Shown: one piece after another, positions 56,166 through 63,515 of the stretch
Position numbering within the stretch: position 1 is the stretch's first letter
How the letters are laid out: each line of letters starts with the position of its first letter
Origin: a virus
Taxonomy: Duplodnaviria; Caudoviricetes
Strand: one strand, 5' to 3'
DNA: 64,000 nucleotides
IMG/VR virus record: IMGVR_UViG_3300035208_003115
The notes under the pieces: model-generated
Told to the model about the DNA's origin: nothing
What the model saw: only the letters and a program-made list of their open reading frames with translations
Database searches by the model: none
Position numbers and translations under genes: made by a program

Positions 56166-56273
56166 ATGGAACAGTCAATTAAAGCGTTGTTAGAAGCCTA
56201 CTTCGAAGATAGGGGAGAGAATGTTTCCCCCGAGGTAGTCAACGCCATGACTGCAGTGGTACTGCAGGGGTAG
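56166..56273 (+). CDS. 35-aa small protein downstream of the hammerhead (MEQSIKALLEAYFEDRGENVSPEVVNAMTAVVLQG)
   Basis: Strong RBS AGGAGG; below the ORF track cutoff. Confidence 0.55.
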   Translation: MEQSIKALLEAYFEDRGENVSPEVVNAMTAVVLQG

Positions 56274-56373
56274 TTTCTTTGGGCGGCTCAGGGTACTCAT
56301 GCCCTAGTGGCACCATGAGAGCGGGATCACCACCTGCGTTGAGTACTGGTTACTTTAGTCCGGAGGTAGAGTC

Positions 56374-57516
56374 GTGGAAACAATCTCTTATTCGTTGCAT
56401 CGTTCTTTCACTCCTTTCTTGCCTGATTCGTTTGTGTCTGTCCTGTGGGATAGGCATTCCCTGAAACAGGCCATTCTAACAGGGGTTTCCCACCCCAAGT
56501 TCATCAGGGCAAAGAACCTGGTGGATAAGATCAAGGCAGGGGAAGTGCATTTGTGCCGGCGCTCTGCCATGGAGCTTGGCTACCTTGAGGCCGTGCCTGG
56601 TGAAGGGTGGAAGCTTACACCCAAGGGTGAGACCTTCTGCCGTGAGCAGATGGCCGTTGCCCGTAACGGCAACCCCTGCGACAAGGCACAGTGGGAGACC
56701 ATTGAGCGTTGCATGTTTACGCTCATGGAAAGAACCTTCGATGTGGTGATTTATCACCCCAAGAAACAGTCCGAAGCTGGCAGACTGTTCGCCTTCTTGC
56801 ATCAGGAGAAGGACATCGATAGGCTCGTCGAGGCCACTCTCAAGGTCTTGATGAACGACCAGGATGAGGTCGATTCGGAGGAGCCTGAGGATATGCCGGT
56901 CCTCGATTACGACGAGGCCGCGGAAATCCTCTCCGATGAGGACGAGACCATGGAGAGAGAAGAACCCCTCATGGTTGAGAGTGATCCTCGCTCCATGCGT
57001 GATCGCATCCTGGACGAGTACATCCACATGAAGGAAGAGGGAGCTTGCGGTTGCACTCCCGAGTCCAAGCTGTGGAAGCTCCTCATGGAAGTGGTCGAGC
57101 AGAAGACCGAGTTCGGCGGGGACAAAGATTACTTCAATCTGCCTTCCCATGGCGAATTCGACCTTTCTCAGCCTAAAGAGGGCGATGAAGAGGATATTGC
57201 GCGTTATAAGGCTGAAATGGAAGCTTATAACGAGTATCGCCTTGAGTCGATGCGTGAAGGGTATAGCGACGCGCCCAATTACGAGTTCCATGACATGGAT
57301 ATCCCCATGTTCGAGGAATCCCGTATTGAGAGTGTGTCCCGGGAGCATTTTAGCCCGGAATTCACGCTGGAGCTGAAGAATGCGTATCTCACCAAGCTCG
57401 AGGAGCTCAAAGGCTTGGATTCGCCCAATAAGGTGATGCGCGATGCGTTCTTAACCGTGGTTCATACCCATGGCGCGGGACAATTCGAAGAGGTGGGGAA
57501 AGCCTTATCAGCGTAA
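56374..57516 (+). CDS. Acidic hypothetical early protein
   Basis: 380 aa, GTG start with RBS GGAGGT, D/E-rich. Confidence 0.75.
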   Translation: METISYSLHRSFTPFLPDSFVSVLWDRHSLKQAILTGVSHPKFIRAKNLVDKIKAGEVHLCRRSAMELGYLEAVPGEGWKLTPKGETFCREQMAVARNGNPCDKAQWETIERCMFTLMERTFDVVIYHPKKQSEAGRLFAFLHQEKDIDRLVEATLKVLMNDQDEVDSEEPEDMPVLDYDEAAEILSDEDETMEREEPLMVESDPRSMRDRILDEYIHMKEEGACGCTPESKLWKLLMEVVEQKTEFGGDKDYFNLPSHGEFDLSQPKEGDEEDIARYKAEMEAYNEYRLESMREGYSDAPNYEFHDMDIPMFEESRIESVSREHFSPEFTLELKNAYLTKLEELKGLDSPNKVMRDAFLTVVHTHGAGQFEEVGKALSA

Positions 57517-57526
57517 TCCCACTTCT

Positions 57527-57554
57527 ATGACCTGGGTATGTCATTAAACTGCCC
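57527..57554 (+). ncRNA. H-type pseudoknot motif, copy 2
   Basis: ATGAC-CTGGGTAT-GTCAT-TAAAC-TGCCC, with compensatory changes relative to copy 1. Confidence 0.6.
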
Positions 57555-57961
57555 CTTTCTTATATAGTCTATCCTTATTTACCATGCGCTAGTCTATCAG
57601 TCCTTACGTATGTATATCTATGTTATGGATATATACATATAGCTGTATATTACTATAGCATAAAGCTCGTGACAATTAGTTATAGCTATTCTCTATAGTA
57701 TAGATTTAGTATTAGGTCCAATGTGGGGGAGGTAGTAGAGATTTTAAAATAAGGCTTATTTTGGAACATTTCTTTAGATATTAGGTCGGATTTGATTGTT
57801 CTCTATAGCTCGTGCAGTAACACGGTTATAGTAGCTTGTAGGTCAAAAGATGGTTAAGTGCTTGTAATTGGCTATTTGTCCAATAACAGTATACACATAC
57901 AGCCATACATATATAAATGTGTAGATGAGATGAACAATTCATCTATAAAAGGATAACCACC

Positions 57962-58306
57962 ATGAAAAAAGCCTTATCAGCGTTTGAAAAGACCTTGGTT
58001 AGGGAGGAGTTCTTAACCAGTGGCTATATATCCATTAGGGCTATACGGGAATACCGTAATAGGACTAAGAGGGGTCTCTTTGAGAGTAAGGAGGCTATTG
58101 AAGACTATCTTGTGAGTTTGCCCGCGGCCGAGGATGCGCAACGAGATTATCAAAATCTCATTCGCATGAATAGGGCCATTAAACAGGCCACTCAGACAGT
58201 CTATTCAACCTTTCGCGATAATACTTCCTACGCGCATTGTGTTGTGCAGCTCTTGGATGAAGCTATGCAGGAATATCTTAAAGGACGGAGGATCCTCAAA
58301 AACTAA
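57962..58306 (+). CDS. Protein with ribosomal bL12 (L7/L12) C-terminal-like motif
   Basis: ISIRAIREYRNRTKRGLFESKEAIE resembles the bL12 pattern KIxxIKxVRxxTGLGLKEAKDLVE. Confidence 0.55.
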   Translation: MKKALSAFEKTLVREEFLTSGYISIRAIREYRNRTKRGLFESKEAIEDYLVSLPAAEDAQRDYQNLIRMNRAIKQATQTVYSTFRDNTSYAHCVVQLLDEAMQEYLKGRRILKN

Positions 58307-58545
58307 CTTGCTTTCGAGTCTCTGAACTCAGAAAGGAGTTAAGGCTCATGAAATAAATTCTTTTGATATTATCTTCCGGGCAAACCTCAGCTGCTGGAGT
58401 TAGGCTCTCAGCACAGGAAGAGATACCGGATATGGTTGCTGTACTCCGGGTAATAGACGCGGCCCGACGAGTAGGCGGAAGCTATTCGGGCGTAGAACGG
58501 GGTTCCAGTAAGGCCTACATACTTTAAGTCTAGGAGAGTTTAACC

Positions 58546-58803
58546 ATGAGCGATGGTAAGAATTTGTCCGCCGCCGAGGTCGAAGCCTTTAATGCTGGCT
58601 TGAAAATGGGCCAAGCTGTGGGCTCAGTCATAGGCTGTATCACTGGGCTGGTTGTTTCTGCCGCCATCCCTTTGTTGCCATGGGCTGTGGGTACAGTCGT
58701 CATGGGTCAAAAGGGCTGGGAATACGGCGGAAAAGCCGGAATGGCAGTCATGGAATACAAGGGATCAAAAGACCTTGAACTCAAACACGAGGAGAGTAAC
58801 TAA
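58546..58803 (+). CDS. Small glycine-zipper membrane protein
   Basis: GQAVGSVIGCITGLVVSAAI; RBS AGGAG. Confidence 0.6.
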   Translation: MSDGKNLSAAEVEAFNAGLKMGQAVGSVIGCITGLVVSAAIPLLPWAVGTVVMGQKGWEYGGKAGMAVMEYKGSKDLELKHEESN

Positions 58804-59006
58804 TGCGATACTTCATCACCCGCCAGAACACGCAGAAAACCCGTGAGGTGGATCAAACCCTGGCAGTCAAGTTTATCTACGATATCCACCCGGGCTTTCG
58901 TATCCCCCGCAGAGAACTCGAGGAAACCATCATGCGCTCACTCACTCACCCCGCTACCAACAAGAATGGCGACTTTCTCGAGGTTCTCCCGGGAACGCCA
59001 CGATGA
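58803..59006 (+). CDS. Hypothetical protein
   Basis: 67 aa, TAATG coupling, RBS GAGGAG. Confidence 0.55.
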   Translation: MRYFITRQNTQKTREVDQTLAVKFIYDIHPGFRIPRRELEETIMRSLTHPATNKNGDFLEVLPGTPR

Positions 59007-59127
59007 AGTATGCTCTCTACAGCATGCTTTGCTGGATCAAAGGCGTCCAGCCATTGTCACATGTCATCTGGAGCACTCGCTGTTTCAGGGATCGCTTCAG
59101 TATCCATCAGAAAGGATGGTGGAGAAC

Positions 59128-59424
59128 ATGAAGGGAATAACGCTGATGGCAGTAACGTTGATGGGTAACGACGTATTGGCTCATCAACATTACTTGCGTC
59201 AGATTTCAAAACTGGCGAATGAACGGGCTTACACTCCTGGGGAAATCGAACAACGGTTTCCTAATGTGCAAGCTTCATACACCGACATCCATGCTGATTA
59301 CATGCGTCTCCAACTTAAGGGATGGCGTCCCATAGATGGAGATACCGTTTATTGTTTCGTCGTGGAGAACGGCGGAAAAGCAGAAGTTTACATGGGGTTG
59401 GATGGAGAATTCGAAAGGAGCTGA
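59128..59424 (+). CDS. Hypothetical protein (start re-called)
   Basis: ATG at 59128 preceded by GGAG; the longer 58843 frame overlaps another gene. Confidence 0.5.
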   Translation: MKGITLMAVTLMGNDVLAHQHYLRQISKLANERAYTPGEIEQRFPNVQASYTDIHADYMRLQLKGWRPIDGDTVYCFVVENGGKAEVYMGLDGEFERS

Positions 59425-59427
59425 GTC

Positions 59428-59700
59428 ATGGCAACTGATCCTCGCATCAAGGTTACAAACCACGGTGTTTTCAAGAGCACTGGAGAACACATCTGGGAGA
59501 TGGAGTACTTCTGCTGGACGATTAACGTCCGGTGGGATGGAAAAACTCCCGTGACTTGGGGTTCTCTACGTACTTCTGTCAAACATGGTGGAGATTGTCC
59601 CGGGCGTTATCGGGATGAGTGTCGTAAGAAGGGAATGGCACTTGCCTGGGGCGTCGTGAAGAAGCGCAATGCCAACAAGGATCAACTCTCGCTCTTCTAG
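59428..59700 (+). CDS. Hypothetical protein
   Basis: 90 aa, RBS AAGGAG, ends in QLSLF (sliding-clamp-binding-like motif). Confidence 0.6.
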   Translation: MATDPRIKVTNHGVFKSTGEHIWEMEYFCWTINVRWDGKTPVTWGSLRTSVKHGGDCPGRYRDECRKKGMALAWGVVKKRNANKDQLSLF

Positions 59701-59875
59701 GAGGATTTATGGACTCGGAATTGAGGCGCGACGAGATGTTGACCGCGGCTGATTTAGTCCATGATTCCGATGAAGGAGATGGGCTGGATCAGTTGCGTGA
59801 CATGGTGATGAATGTCACACAAATCAGGTTGTACCTTCTTGCTTTTGAGCATGAAGGCATTACGAACGGGAGGAA

Positions 59876-60100
59876 TTGAGCATGTTTTATTTCGATAAAA
59901 CAACGGGTTCATGGTATGTGGCCATTTACAATGGTCAAGACTATGACCTCGTTATGCTCGAGTCCAATGGTGAGCGTGATGGACTGGGTTCCATGCCTCT
60001 CGAATTCGTGGAGCAGAAAATTGCTGCGGTTACGCTTCGCAAAAGCCTCAAGCAGAATCTTCAATCTTTGCGGGCTTTGAGGCCCGTTGGAAAGGAGTAA
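59876..60100 (+). CDS. Hypothetical protein
   Basis: 74 aa, RBS GGAGG. Confidence 0.55.
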   Translation: MSMFYFDKTTGSWYVAIYNGQDYDLVMLESNGERDGLGSMPLEFVEQKIAAVTLRKSLKQNLQSLRALRPVGKE

Positions 60101-60451
60101 TCTCATGGCTGCTCTTGGTGGTCTTCGCAATCGTCGATTGCTGGCGGGTAATCTTGATGTTTCTGAGATCCGTCGCAATTTCATCGGTTTCACGTTGCAC
60201 ACTCCTCTTATGGCGTTTTGCATTTTACCGTGAATCGAATCGGCGGTAGGCAGTCCAGTCCCGATCTCGGGGGAGGAGGAGTATTTGCCGAGATGCCCGA
60301 AATGGGATACGGGGTTCCCGTTCCCAAAAGCACGGTTCCACACAGTGTCTGGAAATCGGCTTACCGGCGTGCACGCTATCTCCTTCAGCGTATTCCGGCT
60401 TAAGGCCGAAGTCAAAGTTTAGTAGTAATTACTTTACTCAAGGAGTCGAGC

Positions 60452-61837
60452 ATGAAGACCAGTCTTTTCGGGAAGTTGTGCAGTGTGTGGGCCACTCCTA
60501 CGCAGTATCGCGGGGAAACTCGCGAAACCCGCACCAATCCGGCTCTTTACGTCACTAGCTACGAAGAAGTGCAGGACCTTACGTTGAATCCAACGAATAA
60601 GGGTCTGGTCTTTTGGATGCGGGCTTGCGCTTCGGTCTATGCGCCGAATGGCAAAACGCACAAGACTTCGCGTCAGTCGCTGATCTTCTATCTGGCCAAG
60701 AAAGAAGCTGCTAAGGCTCATAGCCAGGACGTGCAGAAGTTCGTTTCGTTGGCGACGAAGAAGGCAGACAGTTTCATCCAACACTGGCAGAACTGCGAAA
60801 TGCGCAATCTGCCTGTGACCAATCGTATCATCCACTTTCAGCCTCAGGCATCTCCTGTTCAAGAGGCTATTCAGGCGCTGTATCACGGCAAACTGCAGGA
60901 GGTCGCAGAATACATGGCTTGCTTCATCGAGAGCAAGTCCAGTGGAGAAGACGATCCTGCTGTGGTATGGGCTAAGGAGCAGGGAGAAACCTTGCCAACT
61001 CTTGCCTCTTACATCGAAGGAGAAGCGCTGGAGTCTTCCGTTTCCGGTAACGGAGACGAGGGTCTGGAGTTTGACGATGATGGTGAGGTCAAGGAAAATG
61101 ACCGTCAGCTTGAGACCATGGCGACCATGACAGTGATGGAGCCTCGGGACAAGGCACATGAACTTTTGGGAATGGGTCTTCCGTTCAAGGAGACCTTGGA
61201 GTTCTTGGAGCAAATCGAGTATGCCGAGATGCATAAGCTCCCGGAATACATCGGCGTTTCTCGTTTCAACGAGATGGAGCGTAATCCCAAACCCATGATC
61301 GAGAACAGGAAGAAAGCGTTGTTTCCAAAGAACACGCTGAGCGAAGCAGCCAAGGTCATGCAGAAAATCTACATGGGTCAAACGTGCGACGGAACACCGT
61401 TGTATCCTCCTGGTGCTGAGATACATCGGGATCCCGAAACTGGCCGGGAGTATTATTTCGAGCTCGGTGATCCAAAGTGGGATAGTCGTGACACAGGTGG
61501 CAAAATCTCCGATGAGATGGGTCAAATCATCGATGCCGATGGGTTGTTTGTGAAGTCCGACTTGTGGGACAACGAGCTCACGGAGAGCAACGACCTTCAG
61601 CATTCACCGTCTCAGGAGCGGGCCGAAGAGCGGGATGTCCAGCGCTACTTCCGTTATCTGGAGGACAAGCGTACCGAGAGGATGTGGGAGCGCGTCAAGC
61701 AGATTCACAAGATTCAGGAGGGGTACGACCTACAACAAGCTCCTCAGAATCTACGGATTACCTTCTCGCAGATGTGTCAGAAGGCGAGAGCCGAAGCGAT
61801 GGCCAAAGGCGTGACAGTGAAGGTCGGACTTTCTTAA
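60452..61837 (+). CDS. Large acidic hypothetical early protein
   Basis: 461 aa, RBS AAGGAG. Confidence 0.8.
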   Translation: MKTSLFGKLCSVWATPTQYRGETRETRTNPALYVTSYEEVQDLTLNPTNKGLVFWMRACASVYAPNGKTHKTSRQSLIFYLAKKEAAKAHSQDVQKFVSLATKKADSFIQHWQNCEMRNLPVTNRIIHFQPQASPVQEAIQALYHGKLQEVAEYMACFIESKSSGEDDPAVVWAKEQGETLPTLASYIEGEALESSVSGNGDEGLEFDDDGEVKENDRQLETMATMTVMEPRDKAHELLGMGLPFKETLEFLEQIEYAEMHKLPEYIGVSRFNEMERNPKPMIENRKKALFPKNTLSEAAKVMQKIYMGQTCDGTPLYPPGAEIHRDPETGREYYFELGDPKWDSRDTGGKISDEMGQIIDADGLFVKSDLWDNELTESNDLQHSPSQERAEERDVQRYFRYLEDKRTERMWERVKQIHKIQEGYDLQQAPQNLRITFSQMCQKARAEAMAKGVTVKVGLS

Positions 61838-61871
61838 AGCAAATCACTCATTCTTTGAAAGAGAGGGTAAA

Positions 61872-62147
61872 ATGAACAATTTCATCAGGGGGGTTGTTTT
61901 TCGGGGCCTTGGCTTCAGTCGTGGCGACTCCGAACAAGCCCAAGACACCGATTCGTGGCGTGTCGCATGCCAAATACCGGAAGATGCAGCGGAGTCGGTG
62001 CTGATGGAACCCTGTCAGCATTGTAAATTAGGGCATTACAAGATGGAATCCTTGGCCAGTTTTTATGACCAAGAAGGCCATCTTGTTGAGATTTATCAAT
62101 GCTCACACTGTAAGCGTGTATTGGTAATCCAGCATACCGAGGACTGA
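61872..62147 (+). CDS. Zinc-ribbon protein
   Basis: CQHC...YQCSHC. Confidence 0.6.
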   Translation: MNNFIRGVVFRGLGFSRGDSEQAQDTDSWRVACQIPEDAAESVLMEPCQHCKLGHYKMESLASFYDQEGHLVEIYQCSHCKRVLVIQHTED

Positions 62148-62149
62148 AC

Positions 62150-62740
62150 ATGTTCAGCGAGCCCTGTGATCTTTGTGGTAAACAGGAGTGTGATGGCTCT
62201 TGCCAAAGCAACGATATTGCCAACGATATCGCCTTGCTCGCTGCTATTTCAGCTGAGGATTTAGCCCATGAGTGTTGCCCTCAATCGTTTCCTAATTACG
62301 ATGTACAACCGCATGTGAGACGGTTACTCATCGATGATCGGCGTTATGACAAAGAGGATATTTATGGTATTCCTCTATGCGATGCGGTGGCTCGGACAGC
62401 AGCATTGGGTGTCCAACTTCTTTTGGACAATAATTTCACGGAGTTGTATCTGGATCATGACTTGGGGAATTTCCCTAGATTAAGCTTACTGCAGAGCGAT
62501 AATGCCGGATTGTTTGTGACAGAGGCTACCATCCCAGATAATGGGCCACAGCCTTTGATTATTTTTCAATCGAATGGCACCGGCATTGTGAATATGATGG
62601 AAGCGGCTTATAAAATGGCTAACTGGCAACCTCCCAAGGTTGTTGTCTTAGTTACGGACAACGGGGCAGGTAGGGTTCAGATGGGTAATGGTCTAGAGTC
62701 TATGGGTTATACATTTAAGGAAGGAAGGTTCGTTCGATGA
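62150..62740 (+). CDS. Cyclic-phosphate-processing receiver-like domain protein
   Basis: LLIDDRR...ART...LYLDHDLG...VTDNGAGRVQM pattern; Cys-rich N-terminal extension. Confidence 0.7.
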   Translation: MFSEPCDLCGKQECDGSCQSNDIANDIALLAAISAEDLAHECCPQSFPNYDVQPHVRRLLIDDRRYDKEDIYGIPLCDAVARTAALGVQLLLDNNFTELYLDHDLGNFPRLSLLQSDNAGLFVTEATIPDNGPQPLIIFQSNGTGIVNMMEAAYKMANWQPPKVVVLVTDNGAGRVQMGNGLESMGYTFKEGRFVR

Positions 62741-62979
62741 AAAAGCTGAATCAGGGAGGCTTTACGCTGGTCGAGTTGTTGATTGTTGTTTTTATGTTAG
62801 TCGTGATTCCTGCCTCATTGTTCGGCGTTCCCTGGCTTCTGCATTGGGCTTGGATGAACGTTGGCGTGGTTGTGTGGCATTGGCCTTCGCTTACGTACTG
62901 GCAGATCTTCGTGGTCTATTTCTTGTTTCTGCTTATCACTAGCCGGTTTAGGATCACGTGTAAGAGATCCAAGGGATAG
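62737..62979 (+). CDS. Small membrane protein with prepilin-type N-terminal cleavage/methylation motif
   Basis: MKKLNQGG/FTLVELLIVV class III signal; further TM helices. Confidence 0.75.
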   Translation: MKKLNQGGFTLVELLIVVFMLVVIPASLFGVPWLLHWAWMNVGVVVWHWPSLTYWQIFVVYFLFLLITSRFRITCKRSKG

Positions 62980-62990
62980 GAGGGTTTGAC

Positions 62991-63275
62991 ATGAGCAAGC
63001 ATGCGCCGGTTCATTGGGACCGGGAAAAGGGCCGCATATTCCCAAAGGGGCACAACACAGACGCATCATTGGTTGCAAAAGCAAACTGTGATGAGAATGC
63101 CGAGTTCATTGTTCGCGCCTGTAACTCGCATGCTGAATTGGTTGAGGCGTGTAATGGGTTGTTGGCGGTTATACACGAGCACTATTATAATTATGAAAAA
63201 GAATATTGTTGTTGTGATGAAAAAGTAAGGGCGGCATGCGAAGCAATCCGCAAGGCCGAAGGGGGTTTGACATGA
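62991..63275 (+). CDS. Small phage protein of the MSKHTPGPW...ELLEAC type, copy 1
   Basis: MSKHAPVHW...ENAEFIVRACNSHAELVEAC...AIRKAEG. Confidence 0.7.
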   Translation: MSKHAPVHWDREKGRIFPKGHNTDASLVAKANCDENAEFIVRACNSHAELVEACNGLLAVIHEHYYNYEKEYCCCDEKVRAACEAIRKAEGGLT

Positions 63276-63514
63276 GCAAGCATACGCCGGGGCCGTGGGT
63301 AAAAGAAGGAAGGATTATCAAGGGCGAGAGGGGGGAATATATTGCAGACGTTAAATGGACCTCCGATATGAATTTACTATTCACCGCGCCTGAATTGCTT
63401 GATGCGTGCAAGGAAGCGTTTAATAATATTATAGGATTAAACCTTGAAAAACGGTTACCGAAAACGGTTGAGCTTCTTGAATCCGCCATCCGCAAGGCCG
63501 AAGGGGAGGAATAA
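63272..63514 (+). CDS. Small phage protein of the MSKHTPGPW...ELLEAC type, copy 2
   Basis: Start re-called at 63272 (ATGA overlap); MSKHTPGPW...APELLDAC...AIRKAEG. Confidence 0.7.
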   Translation: MSKHTPGPWVKEGRIIKGERGEYIADVKWTSDMNLLFTAPELLDACKEAFNNIIGLNLEKRLPKTVELLESAIRKAEGEE

Positions 63515-63515
63515 C

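Noticed and set aside
56476-61603. Long minus-strand ORFs 56476..57348 and 60434..61603
   Set aside because: Antisense shadows of RBS-bearing plus-strand genes
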